Below, piece after piece: positions 50,691-64,000 of a DNA stretch of 64,000 nucleotides. Source of the stretch: the human T2T-CHM13v2.0 reference genome, Homo sapiens; the NCBI RefSeq assembly GCF_009914755.1, contig NC_060932.1. One strand, 5' to 3'. The notes under the pieces were generated by a model. It made no database searches. It was not told the DNA's origin and saw only the letters and a program-made list of their open reading frames with translations. The translations under genes were made by a program, and so were the position numbers. Each line of letters starts with the position of its first letter. Positions within the stretch are counted from its first letter, which is position 1.

Positions 50691-51598
50691 AGTTTAGCTG
50701 AAACTACTGGTACAGTGGCCCAAAGGCCAGAAGATGGCTTCTCAAAAAAGGTCTTGATTACATCTATCCCTTAAAAAGACCTATAATAGGAAATGCTTTT
50801 TTCTACTCATACATTTTTATAATTACTCTTTACAAAAGGTGGTTTTCCTTTTGCCATTGTTCAGCAAAGAGCATGTTTCTGTTTTTTAATTCTCTTTCTG
50901 TGTGTGTGTGTGTACAATAAGATGTTTCCAAAGATCCTGATTCTAAAAGAGACTCCCCATGGACGCCTCCAAAAAGTTCTAGAGTCTCTTGTGGTTTAGA
51001 ACTCTGCCTTCTGAAAGTCCCAGGGGAAATACTAGTAGGTTTACTGCAGCTCTCATCTTTGCAGGGCCCAGTCTCCTGAGCTAGGTAGCTTGGAAGGTCT
51101 GAGAAAGGGAGGAGGCCTTAAGGAGGCCAAGAGGGTCAGAGGCAACACCACCCAGTTCACTCCTGTACCTTGGGCTGGCTCAGCTACCTGTCTAAGCAGA
51201 AATACAGGTGACCCATCTGCTGAACAAGAAGAGTGAATCAGAGAAATGATAAGCAAAGAGGGTGTAAAGAAACTTCAATAAACAAGGAGAAGTGAAAGTT
51301 TCTGACCAGAAGTAGCTATAAAGCCCAGCTCCACCTGTCACTAGTTGTGTATCTTGACCAAGTTTTTTTTAACTTATCTAAGCCTTACTTATATATGTAT
51401 ACACACACATTTTAAAAGGTTAATTTATTATTTATTTAGCAAAAAGTTATTGAGCACCTGCCATGTGTCAAATCCTGTTTTAAGTGCAAAGATAATGATT
51501 CCCATCCCATTGGGTTGCTGTGAAAATGAATTGAGTTAATGCATAGAAAGTGCTTGACACACTCATAAATACGAATCTTAAAATTATTATTAATAATG

Positions 51599-51790
51599 CA
51601 GTGGTTCCTAAACCTAACTGTGCATGAAGATTTATCTGGGAAGTTTAATAATAGTGCAGATTTCTGGGAAACTCTCACAAAAATTCCAGTTCAGAAGATC
51701 TGGGAGGAGGGTGGCCCAGGCATCTGCATTTTTGATAATTACTATAGCTGATTGTGCAGCAGGTGGTCCATGAACCATATTATGAGGAAG
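51599..51790. mobile_element. MER5-type hAT MITE
   Basis: cagtggttcctaaacct...ggtggcccaggcatctgcatttttgataa...gcaggtggtccatgaaccata. Confidence 0.7.
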
Positions 51791-54700
51791 AGAGCTCCAA
51801 AGGTAAAAAAGTGCCTGGACTTTCTCTCCAAGTTCTGTCAAATTGCAAGAGCTCTCTTCAGTGCGATGTGAACAATGAGTGAGCAGAAATGAAGACAGAC
51901 AGGCCAGCAAAAGGAAGAGGAAGAAATTCACGGGCAAAGTGCACTCTGAGAGAAGAATTTAATCTACAGAATGATCTGTACCCCCACGGCTCTCCAGAAA
52001 CACTTGCCTGGAGTGAATACATTATCAGAGGACTGGAGGGAAAGACAGAATGTACATAAGGCACAGGTTGTTTGAAACTGGGCCAGTTCCAGCCAAACTC
52101 ATGTACACAAATGTTGGTTTGCAAAGCTAGTAGGACACTTAACAGTTGGTTCATGGTTCAAAGTCCTCATAATCCTGTTGTAAAAGAGAAGGGTCCAACC
52201 AGTGTGCTGTTGAACGTGTCAAATGCCATTCAGCAGAGAAATAACATTTCACAATCCAGCATACCCTGCACTGGGGTTATTCCATCAGTGCCAACCTGAA
52301 TTTTCCATGGCAGACATGCTTCACAGCATCAAAGGAACTACACACAGGCATTCATCATCTCCCACACTGACTCAGCTCAGGAACCACTCCAGTGGCAGGC
52401 ATGTCCAACGGGCAGCCCTTCCCCCACTGCCTTTCACCCAACAGGTCTGGGAAAGGTTACATCCACCGTGGTCATAAATGTCATCCTAGCTCATTATGTT
52501 GGGGACCAAGTAATAACAGAGCAAATCCTCCCTGAAGTATTTTACAGACTTGTACATGGGACTTATCTTTGATTTCTTGTCAAATTTACTGAAGTGAACT
52601 GAATTTCTACCCCCTTAAAAGAACTAGCTGGAAAGCCTGCTGCTTCTATTTAAGGAGAAGCATTTATCCAGTGTTTACCAAAATGAGATGCCTGCCCTCC
52701 TGTCTGGCAGGAAAACCTACATCAGGAAGAGCAGCACTAATGGTGGTGCTGGGTGCGGAGCAGGGGTGTCATTGCAGGAGGCATTCATAGGGGAGGAAGG
52801 AGGTGATGAAGGACTGGGAGAGAAAAATGGGGAGTGAGACACCAGGAAAGACAGAAGGTCAGGACAGGGCTAGGATTTAAGTCTATGACTCAGTCCAGAA
52901 TATAAGGGAGAAGGAAAAGATGAGAATGTTTTGGAGTCACCTCATTCTCCACTCTTCTTCATCTCAGTGAGGTGGTGCTGTCTGCTTGCAATTCTAGACC
53001 ACAAATGGAATAAAACACCCACTTACTGGGAAACAGATGACATAATTCACAACTCGTTGCCAAGACATCCAATGGGGCCCTAAAATAATTTTTTTTAAAA
53101 AACTCACTTCTGTACTTAAACATGGCTTTTCTTAATTGACTCTAAGACCTAACAACCTTGACCATTCAACCCCCATCTTCATCCTCACTGTGTGACAACT
53201 TCCAGGGCACACTATCTTCTCAACCCACAGGTTCCTTTCTTCCCTTGGCAGTGGCACTCAGAGTGTCAGGAAGGTTGCATATGTCTCGCACGTGGCTCAC
53301 TCCCTGGATTTTCTCAGTAGCACTGACCTCCACCTCCACTGCATTTAAACAGAGCAGAGTTCTGACACTGGACTCAACCATGCTCCCCTTCCAATATCTT
53401 GACATGCTTTCACCCTCCTCTCTCTTTCTCACTTGTACTTTCAGTCTCTATGAAGTTATTTCTCTGCCTTTTTAAAAATAATATGGTTTAGTAGTTTCAG
53501 TTGCTAGCTGTGTGACCTTGGGAAAGACAAGCTCTCTGAGCTTCATTTTTTTCTATGAAAGGAGAATAATAATAGTATCTATTTCATAGAGTTGTTGTAA
53601 GGATGATGTAAGATAATATATGTAAAACATGTAAAAATAGTGCTGGCACTCAGTAAGCACTTTAAAATTTCACTATTATTTTTACTTTTCTTCTTATGAT
53701 TACCCTCTTTGAACCATATCAAGGTCCCAAAACATGTGAGGCCAAAATCTGGAAGAACTTAGAACAGTGACAAGGAATGAGGCGAGGCTGTTGTGTAGTG
53801 TGAGTGGCAAGAAAGGATTCAAAACAAGCATGAAAATAAAAAAAATAAAAGATGGTCCTGGCAGAGGATGGTAAAAATTCTTCTTTTAGATTATAAGTCA
53901 GTGAGTAAATCCTCCTTAGCTGTATTGACTGAATATCCCAATTTCACAGGAAGGCCTGCAGCACACTAAACAACAGGGAGCTAATGACCCAACCCTTCTT
54001 ATAGGGTCTGTGGCTCACGAATAACACATGGTGAGAGCTGTTATCTCCACATCAGTTCATATTTGTGTGTTCTCCAGCTTTTTGCTAGCACACGTGGGCT
54101 GAGACCATAGTCCTGCCTTCAGAGAGAGGCAAATGTCTTAGGAGGGACTCAAGTTAGGTGCTAAGAGAGGTCAACAATGGGAAAGACTGTTTCCTGCTGG
54201 AAGCATGAAGACTTCATGGAGGAGGCACACTGAACTAGCCAGGTTTTGAAGCCATTTACAACAATTCAGGACTGTAGCATGCAGAGCTGTGGAGACAGCA
54301 CAGTGTGAAGGGAACAGCACACAGAGATGGTAATGCTGAAAGAATTAGAAGCAACAGCAGGGAATGAGGCAATAAAGGGAACTTGGAGGCAGGCGAATTT
54401 AAAACCTTCCTTAGACACAGGTCCCAGTGGTTGCCACTGGTCAGGTTAAGAGTTGCTCATATTTGACACACAGGTCTTTTTCATTTTCTAAAATTCCCAC
54501 TTTCACTTCTCTAATAAAATATGCAAACATATTACCTTACTCAGAGAGGTGAAAATGAAAGAAAAGGAAGCACATATTTTTCCTATTCTAGGGATCCTAC
54601 AGCCACAATTCTGTCTGAAGTGATTCCACTGACAACCCTTAATGGTCTACTGATCCGTGCCCTTCTTGATCTCCATTTAGAGGCTGAACCTGCTGACGTG

Positions 54701-56022
54701 TGAGGTGAGGAAGTGGCAGGTCAGAGAGTGCCATACGAAACTAAGCATGGAACTATTTTTCTATACGTGAATGACATTTCATTATTTTCTCTATGACCTA
54801 GAAAGTTGTTCTCTCAATGTATTTTTTAAAAGAGTCTCAGATACAAAGAACTGGATTAATCATAATTCTTGGTTTTTGACATTCTGTCATCATTGGCCCA
54901 TGCAAGGCTATCTTTAATTTATTTATTTACTGACTGCTCTGTTTAGGTATTTATGTTTTGTTTATGTTTAATATAATAAATGAAGAAACCACCAATCCAT
55001 CACAAAAACTAGAACAGTGACACTAACTTACATGCATTTATGTGGTCTTCCTTTATCTTATCCCCTGTTCACCATTTCCTTGCGTTCACTTTTACAAAGA
55101 ATGATCACATCTATGTATTTTTAAAAGGTAGAATTTGAGGATTTTTGTTTTATTTGTTTTTAACTTTTTAAAATAAAACAGGTTATCATGATGTATATAC
55201 AATCTTTTGGGACAATTTTCATTCAATATTATATTGCGAAAATTCTCCATATAGTTGTAGTGTGTTCATTTGACTGCTACATAATATTAGAGTGTGTGAT
55301 TTTTATCCATAATTTATACTTCATTCTCCCGATAATGAGAAAATGAGTTGACTTTATTCCAGTTACTCATTTAGCTAGATTTTCCATTCTGATAAACATG
55401 TATTTGCATTTCCAGAGTCTAAGAAGAAAAATCAAGAGGAAATCTACTCTTAATAATGTATTCCATAGGCAAAAAGAAATGCTCTGTGGATCACCTGTCC
55501 TTACAGATTTGTACTTTTATTTACCCTTCTTCCTATCATTATGAATAATTAAAAGTAGTTATGAAGAGTAAAAGTAAAACTAGAATCTCTGTTTTACCTT
55601 ATTCCAATTTTAGGGTCCAATATGCCTAAGGTGACCCGTTGTCTCATGGTAGCTCTGACCCTGAATAGCCCTCAAAGATCAGGAATTACGTGATGCCCTG
55701 TTGAGTTTGGCTTAGGTCACTTCACAACCCTGTACTTAAGACTTGGCAAGGAGATGGGCCCATGAACATGAGAAGCTGACCCAGAGTTGCTGGATTATGC
55801 ATACAACCTCATCGAGGGAGAAACCTCTTGTCCCAAAGTGGGGAGGAAGAGTGATGGGGGAAAGCTTCCCTGACGGTATGTGCTGGTGTTTAATGCAGCC
55901 CAGAACTTGTTCCTAATTCCAAGGCCTAATTCCAAGTTGCAAGCGAAGAAAAGATCATCATTTTAAGGCAAGCCCCACTGTTTTGGAGAAGGAGAAGCCA
56001 CCAGTTAAGTCTCTATATTAAA

Positions 56023-56307
56023 GCTGGGTGCAGTGGCTCCCGTCTGTAATCCCAGCACTTTGGGAGGCTGAGATAGGCAGATCAATTGAGCCCAGGGGTT
56101 CGAGACCAGCCTGGGTAAAATGGTAAAACCCCATCTCTGAAAAAAAAAAAATTAGCCAGGCATGGTGGCATGCGCTTATAGTCCCACTACTCAGGTGACT
56201 GAGGTGGGAAGATCAATTGAGCCCCGGAGGTTGAGGCTGCAGTGAGCCATGAGCATGCCACTGCACTCCAGCCTGGGTGACAGAGTAAGGCCCTGTCTCA
56301 AAAAAAA
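56023..56307 (+). mobile_element. Alu (J-type)
   Basis: GCTGGGTGCAGTGGCTCCCGTCTGTAATCCC...GAGGTTGAGGCTGCAGTGAGCCATGAGC, A tail. Confidence 0.93.
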
Positions 56308-57944
56308 GTTTTTTGAGTCTATATGAGGAAGTAACTGCTATGCTTTTTAGATGTTACAGGCAAAGTAAAAATTTCTATCTTTTGATTTTTATCTAAGCAT
56401 CTATGTGTTAGAGCTGATGACTTGTCACTTCAAAATGTCTTTGTGAAGTTAAATGTCTGTTGAGCGAGTCAGGCAATTATGGGATAGATTTTAAACCATC
56501 CTCAGTGAGTCAGAAACATGTTTCCCAGGTGGTGCTGATGCTGCTGGTTTGGAGCCACTCTTTGAGAGTCACTGTTTCAGAAGAATGAGAAGATGACTAA
56601 TTTAGGAGCAGAGGTGACATTCTGTAAGATTAAATAACTTATGGGTAGAGGTGAGACCCAGTAATATATGTTTTAATAAGCCCTCCAGGAATATAGATGC
56701 TAAAGTTTGAGGACCACTGCCCTAAGACAGGCCTATGCCTGAGATCCCCCAGCAGCTTCCTGAATGGCTGCCTCTGACAAAGTGAGAGCAGCCGGCTTGA
56801 CTGTAATTTGACATACAGATACACACTGTAGTATATATTTTGGGAACATTTTTACATATTTCACATCCAAAATGAGTGAACTGCTTAATTTACTTGGCAT
56901 AATACTGAGTGGTACTAACCATGCTGCATGTAATTGACAATATGTTTTTAACAGCTGTGGTTAAGAGCAGGTGCTAGCATCAGCAGATTCAGGGCTCAAA
57001 TATCCACTCTTTCATTAATGACAGTGTGACCTCAGGCAATCACTTAACCTCTCTATGCCTAAGTTTACTCACTGTAAAAAGGGACTAAAAGAGTACCTAT
57101 CATATGGAATTTTTGTGAGAATTAAACGCCATAATATGAACTACTATAAGTGCACAGTAAATACTCATCATCATCATCATCATTAGCCTACTTATCCACG
57201 TGTTTGGTATGTGTGCTGCTAAACACTAAATTTTTCTAATAATTCTTCCATATGGGCACTGTAGACTATCTAAGTAATGTGATTTAAGAAGGAAAGGTAT
57301 TTATTAAGTGACTAAACTCTAAATACAAGTGATAAGTTGTAGATGACCTAGTTTCTCTCGGGAATAGTTAGAAATGGCTTGTTATGTTCACACCCTGTTC
57401 AAAGTGCCTTACAGGCATTCTCATTGAATCTTCATATCAAGCATATGAAAGAGGTACAATTATTATTCCTATTTTACAGGTGAGGAAAGTAGACAACAGG
57501 TAAGTTGCTGAAGGTCACACAGCCCTTATGTGGGGATCTGAAACATCACAATAAGATTCAAAATGTGCCTTAAACACCAGGAAAGTATACCTGCGTGGAA
57601 CTTCAAGACTTGGGGCAATTTTGCCACCCTCACCCCCCATCCCACCCAAAGTGTTTGCTTGCACTGAAACCTTTGAAAACACATTTACAAACAATCTGCA
57701 ATAAAAAGTCTTAACGAAATCATCACTACTCTATTCTGTATCCCCCACCAGAGAGCAAACAATTAGTGAACACAGACTATACTAGCAAGGAGACTGCCCT
57801 TGCACAGTAAACCCTGGGGCTGTGTCATTCATCTACTTTCGACAAAGATAATAGGATTGAATCTTCATTCTTAAGCAAAAAGTTAACATAACAGAAATAC
57901 ATTTTAAAGAAGTGTTGCCATTTGAAACATCAAATAGATAGGGT

Positions 57945-58125
57945 TTTTTATGGTACAGTCTGAGGACCACCTGCATCAGTATCACCTGGCCTCTTTGTTA
58001 AAAATACAGATTCTTGACTCATACTCCAGATCTGCTGATTGAAATTTCTTTAAGTCAGCCTCATAATCCATTTTCACAAATTGCCCAGGTGATCTTCTAC
58101 GCACAGTAATGTTGAGAAATCACTA
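57945..58125. mobile_element. MER5-type hAT MITE
   Basis: accacctgcatcagtatcacctgg...ttgttaaaaatacagattc...ccaggtgatc...ttgagaaatcact. Confidence 0.7.
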
Positions 58126-58169
58126 CAACAAATGCTTCTTGTTTTCAAATCTGTCTGTTTAGTAACTGT

Positions 58170-58790
58170 GTCATCTGTCTGCTCTTTCCCATCCTGAATT
58201 CTCCACCTGAGGCCATCATCATTTCTCACCCAGAATTACTGAAACAGCATCACACTGTGCCCAGCTGCTCCTTGTGGCCCTGAGCAGTTTGTCTTCCACA
58301 CTACTCCAGAGAAGAAACCTCATTAGGCAATTCCCTTGTTGAAACTCCTCAATGGCACCCTGTGTCCATGAAGTCCAAACTCTTTAGCACGATTTACAAA
58401 CCCTCCATAATCTCTTCAGACTGTCATACCATAACCACTGCCAATGGAACCATTCACAGTTTCCTGAAGGAGGCACGATAGCCTCTAGACTCCCAGCTTT
58501 CACACATGCTGTTCCCTCTAGCTGGATTATTTTCCCATCCCTCTGGGCTTGGCTAACTACTACCTGTTCTTCAGGTCTCAGTTTAGCCTTGAGCTTTACT
58601 TCCTTCAGGAAGGGGATTAGGTGGCCCTCCTTTATCTGACCCCACCAAGAATTTAACAAGTATTTATCACATTGCACTGCAATTGCCTGTTTGCTTTAAC
58701 ATATTTTCCAGTATGCTTGTCAGCTCCTTGAGGGCGTGTTCTTTTGTATCCCCATGTGTCACACAGGGTTTAGCACAGAGTAGGTGCTGT
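58170..58790. mobile_element. L2 remnant
   Basis: ggccatcatcatttctcacc...catgctgttccctctagctgga...ctccttgagggc...agcacagagtaggtgct. Confidence 0.65.
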
Positions 58791-59519
58791 TGTTTTGAAA
58801 TGTTATTTCACAGCATTAAAAGTTTCTCCACCATTGGCATTTAGGGATAGCTCCTCTTTCTCCTATTTTGCCCTTTAGGTTGGATTGACAGACTGATGTT
58901 ATTTCCAATTAGGACAAAAATACTCCCTTCCACTCCTACTTCCAGCCTGTATGCCCAAACCTCTTAAAAGTCAAGTTTTCAGCCCAGGATACCAGCATGC
59001 AAAAACCACGCTAACTGCAAAGACCTCTGTCTTGTTCATCACTGCATCCCCAGAGCCAAGAGCACAGAGCCTGGCTTATAGGAGACTCAGAAGAATATTT
59101 AATGAATGAGGGAAGAAAGGTACCAAAAGAACTTACATATATGATTGCAGAAATGGTATCATTAACTTTGAGAAACTGGAAAGGATGGGAGGTAGAAGAT
59201 TGGAAATGGGCAAAAACTCTGCAGGTCATGAACATAGAGAAAAGATAAATTCTGAAAATCACAAACTGCTGTTTGGTGTTGATTTCCAGTAAAATTGTAG
59301 AGAAAGTCCTTTAATAAGGCAAGAAGGAGCCAGCAGGAGTTCACTGGCTCAGATGTGAAAAACAATCTGCACATCCTTTTCTGAAGGAGTTAACATGGCC
59401 ACATACATCACATATTTGGAGTTCAGCAGACGTTTAATGCAAACACTTAGGATACTCTTATGAACAAGGTCGACATGTGTGCATTGGGTGATAGCACAGT
59501 CCAGTACCCACGGGATGTT

Positions 59520-59945
59520 GACAAATGGACTGTCTGTCAACCTCTAGGGAAATCTCTAGTAACACATCACCTGGCCCTGGTGTTGTCCATATCCTATTTA
59601 ACATGCTTTATTAATGACATGAATGAAATCATGGATGGTGTGGTGTTGGCGGCAGACTCCTGATTACACAAAACCTTGAAGGGATAACTAATGCATCGGA
59701 TGACAGCATCAGATAATAATGCCACTAGCCACTGTGGACTCAGAGCCTACTCTGCCAAGAACTCTACAGCTGCTATTTCCTTTAATCCTTCCTCCCAAAG
59801 ACATACAAGTAAAGACCAGGAAACCAAAGTTCTGAGTGATGCTGAGACTCACCCCAAATCACAGAGCTACTAAGCAGCAGAGCTGGCTTGTCTGACATCA
59901 CTCTGCTTGATCCTTGTGATCAGAATTCACAAAGATCTAAGATCA
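59520..59945 (+). mobile_element. Ancient CR1/L3 reverse-transcriptase fragment interrupted by a MIR-like insert (about 59714-59918)
   Basis: ctatttaacatgctttattaatgacatgaat reads LFN./FINDMNE (CR1 LFNIFINDL), followed by a degenerate FADDTKL region and IRIHKDL after the insert. Confidence 0.55.
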
Positions 59946-61015
59946 GGAAACCAAGACAACAATGTTCAATCTAGTCCATCTCAACTATGCGTTAAACACT
60001 TCCTAGGCTAAGGCACTGGATGGGGGAGGCATGGAGAAACAGTTCCAATGCTCAAGGGTTTCCTAGGAGGAGTTAGACTATACAGACAAACAACCAGGAT
60101 ATAAGGCAGAATACAATGAGTGCAAACAGAGAGGGCGGGCACCCAGAAAACACAGAGGAGGAAGAAATCTTCTTAGCTAGGGTGAAGGGATGAGGGCAGG
60201 GGAATATGTCATGGGAGAGATGACACTTGAGATGGCCCTGATACACCAGGAAGAATATAGTGTTGGGGGCATGGACAGGAGTTGACCTTGGGTGAAAGAG
60301 ATCACATGAACTAAAACACAGAGGAAGAAAAACACAGGGCATGTTTAGTACATATATGGAGTCCCTTGTATGGCTAGAATATAGTGATCATATGAGAAAA
60401 TGCAGCCAAAAAGGTGAGTTGTAACCAGAGAGTTGAAAAATGTAAAAATTATGCTATGGGCAAGAGGGAACTATGACATACTGAAGGCAAGAGAGAACCA
60501 TAATGAGTTTTGTTTGGGGTGGTAACATGAACAGTGATGCTTTATGAAGACAACATGACAGCAATATCTGAAGGAGAGACTGGAGGCTGGTGGGGAATTC
60601 AGGTGACTGTTACAGTTTGGAGATGGGTCATAAGGTAAGGGAAAAGGAATGCTGAAAAAGGAGACCCTTTCCAGGTAGCTCTTAGGTTCCACAAAATTAA
60701 CTGTATGGGTTCAAAATCATTTGACACTCCAGATGGACAAAATGATTAAAAATAGAAAAAGGATAAAGTCAAGTTAAACATTAAAAAACACCTTTATCTT
60801 ATGCCATATGCTTGACTGCAGTGCTACCCACATAAAAGAACAATTGAGTGGAGATACGTATGTTTGGAAAAGCAAACAAAATGGGAAATATCTCAATCAA
60901 ATGAAAAGAACAATGTCTCTTATATATTGCCTGAAGAATTTGTGAAGAATTGGATAATCTGATAAGAATGGATTGAGGTACTCCAAGATCAATACTAGAT
61001 TTAACCTCTGTGTAA

Positions 61016-61299
61016 TTTTTTTTTTTTTTTTTTTTTGAGACAGGGTTTCACTCCCATCGTCCAGGCTGGAGTGTAGTGGCATAAACTCGGCTCTCTACAA
61101 CCTCTGCCTCCTGGGCTCAGGTGATCCTTCTGCCTCAGCCTCCTGAGTAATTGTGATTACAGGAGCATGCCACCACACCCGGTTAATTTTTGCATTTTTG
61201 GTAGAGACAGGTTTCATCATGTTGACCAGGCTGGTCTCGAACTCCTGACCTCAAGCGATCCACCCACTTTGGCCTCCCAAAGTGCTGGGATTACAGGTG
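61016..61299 (-). mobile_element. Alu lacking about 20 bp at its 5' end
   Basis: Poly(T), reverse consensus ending at ctgggattacaggtg; TSD tctgtgtaat on both sides. Confidence 0.93.
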
Positions 61300-64000
61300 T
61301 CTGTGTAATCTTTCATGTAAATTTCGTTTGCAAGCACAAACGTCAATACAATAAAACAAATAAGCTGGGTAAATTCTGGCAATTTCTGGCATCTGTAGGG
61401 AGTGTGAGAACAAAAGCAAATGGAGAAATGGAAGGCTTAGTGGCGTTGGGGTTGTTTTTAACCCTGACATGTGTTCAAGGAACTCAAATGAGAAAGGGAG
61501 AAACAGAATAATGAAGTCACAAGAAAATATTTCCAAGATAAGTCCTGGCAGCACAACAGAGAAATGCCTGGATCAGGTGATGTGGTCACAGGAAAGCAGG
61601 TGGAAAGCAGGCGGAACAGTTCCTGCACGCCTGCCTTGGGACACCTGTGCAAGGACCACAGAGCCCAGTGTCCGCCCCAGGAGGGGACATGCACTGGGAT
61701 GCCTCGCTCCTACTTCTGTCTTCCTTCTCGAGCTGGGGCGGAAGCCGACAAGAGGCAAAGAGCTCTGTCTCCAGCAGCAAGCAACAACATTTCACCTCAT
61801 ACCATTGTCTATCAATTGAAAATTATTCTAACTCTCAAGCTTCTGAACAAAATGTTTTTGAACTCCCACTCATCCTTCCAAAAACATTTTCTACAAATCC
61901 TGGTGTGGTTTATAGCACTTAAAATGAATGAAGCATACTCACAATTGGATTTTGCTCTGCTCACAAATTATGCTCTGCATTTCCTTGGACTCCTTTAGTG
62001 GAACCTTCCCCAGGATCTCACTCTCAGTGACATCTGGCACAAAGCACATGTTCCCAGGCCAACCCTTTGCTTGCCCAGCTACTCTGCCCCACCCCCCTAC
62101 ACAAGTTAACTTTTAAATTCAAGTGTACTCAGTGTTCTCTACTTTCTCCACCCCTTCCCTCTCCAGCCCACAATGTTCTGTGAAAAACCAAAATAAAATG
62201 GAAAAGCAAAGCAGAGTATTACGAAAAATAAATCAAGGCCACTCTTTTTAGGACCATCAAAGAGTGTTTGCATGGCAGTAAAAACAAGGGAATAAGCAGG
62301 CTTTGGAAACAGTAGTTTTGAAAATACCCCCCAACATATTGTAAAGGGCACATATCTAAGCTGGTAACATTATTTTTAAAGTGCAAGGAAATGTTAAAAC
62401 ACACATTTCAGTACAGTGGTTACCCCTGGGGTAGTCAGAGAATAGGATCTGGGAGGAGTGTGCAGGCAGCTTCCCTGGTGGTAAATCTTAAAGTGGAAGG
62501 TGAAATCACAAGTTTTGCTTTATTATTATTCTACCCAGCTCACGCATATGTCACATACATTCTCTTTATGCATCACATTATATGTAGTATTTATAAAGAA
62601 ATAAGGGAAGCAGCAAAACTGAATTTAAAACAAATGCTTATCAGAGAGAAATAAAGAAAGAGAGGAGAGAAAGAAGAAAAGAAAGAAAAAAGAAAACGTG
62701 ATCTTATTCCTAGACAGGTTCACATTCTAGTAGAGAAAGGAGCCATCTAAAAAATTATTATTAAATATAACATGGTTACCATAACAATAGAATTTAAAAA
62801 AAAACACTGCCTCTAAGGGCATACATAGTATTTAAGTTAACAACGATTGCATGTGAAGTTCAAATCCCTAAGTGTCTTTGCCTTAAAAATACAGTTTTAC
62901 CCTTTATAAGTATCAATATTGCATTACTTTTCCTGGGACCCTTCCCAGACCCCAGAGTCTAGGTAACATGGTCATCCTCTGGGCTCCCACTGGACACTAC
63001 GCTTCCTCCTGAAACATATCACAACATACAGGGATCCCCTAGTTTATTGTTGTACCCAGTGCCTGGTCACTGCCTAGCACATTAATAAACATTCGTTTAA
63101 AAAAACAAATGAGTAGCATTACCAGGTTCAGTTCTTTTAAATGGTAGCTGAGACTGAGAAGAAAAGGAAGGGTGGAAATGCTGAGTTGGAGAATCTTATC
63201 CAAAACTTGAGAATGACCCAGTGTTGCATGGGAAAAATCCCTTTACTGTCCCTGGTTCTCTGGGCTGGGCAGTATAGGAGGCTATGGAGCAATCTGCAGA
63301 TTCTAAACCATTGCCCTCTGTGCACTAGTGCTTCTAAGCTCGTGGCTTGGGTCTTTCACTTCTTCCTCTAACGATGAGGGAAAGGGCATTGGATGTCAGG
63401 CAGTAACCCAGTATCGGATACAGGCATAGCCTTCATCTTTCAAGAACAGTCAGGCCCGCCAGTAGTCTCGGCAGAAATCAGATCTTCCTGGCAGAGGCTC
63501 ACAGAGCCTGCCTATCTCAACCTCAGAGGTGAGTACAAGAAGCCAAACACTCAGGAAGATCCAGTTTCCCTGAATAATGTTGCTGCCATGTAAGACAAGG
63601 AAGCATCCCTTACTCTGAAAGTGCCACAAACTCTCCTGATGGAAAAGGATGCAACAAATAGAAACGTCAGCTGAGACCTCAGAAAGCTCCCCAGATATGA
63701 CCCGAATATCATGACAGAAGCACCAGGTACCAGCAAGCAACTGACGAACTGTGCACCATCAGAGCATGTGCATGTGTGACTAATAACAATGGAATAGAAA
63801 GTGGGGCATTATTTTGTTCACAGACTAGCAGAATATAAGTAAAAGTCACCATGCTAGTGGGGATATTGCTAAGGATTTAATTGTTCCATTGCAACTTTAA
63901 AATAGAAGGCTTATTCTAGCTAGGCCATCTGAGTGATATTGCATCTGAAATTATGTTTAGCTAAACATATTCAGCATGTATGAACATACATTGATTCCAA

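Overview
Human (primate) genomic DNA, AT-rich and repeat-dense, containing two convergent multi-exon genes. On the + strand is EBAG9 (RCAS1). Six coding exons (9410-9492, 12450-12528, 13314-13472, 15520-15627, 19423-19514, 23024-23144) splice via GT-AG introns into a 642-nt ORF of 213 aa; the non-coding first exon and promoter are not seen and presumably lie upstream of the window. On the - strand is the 3' half of SYBU (syntabulin/GOLSYN), with four coding exons (44747-44645, 38587-38384, 36602-36453, 34598-33491). Its earlier exons are not in the window, so 44748-64000 is read as one long intron. The rest is Alu, L1, L2, MIR, MaLR LTR, DNA-transposon and CR1 remnants, and nearly all short ORFs in the track are repeat-derived or chance. 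I found no evidence of a wholly new biological system. The best leads are: a stop-free cassette exon in the last EBAG9 intron whose frame depends on which tandem acceptor (CAG-ACAG-CAG) of the last exon is used; a tail-to-tail inverted Alu pair 27 bp apart; a CTCF-like site between the two 3' ends; and stacked miRNA seed matches in the SYBU 3' UTR. Gene identities and repeat subfamilies come from my recognition of the sequences, not from database searches, and old-repeat boundaries are approximate.
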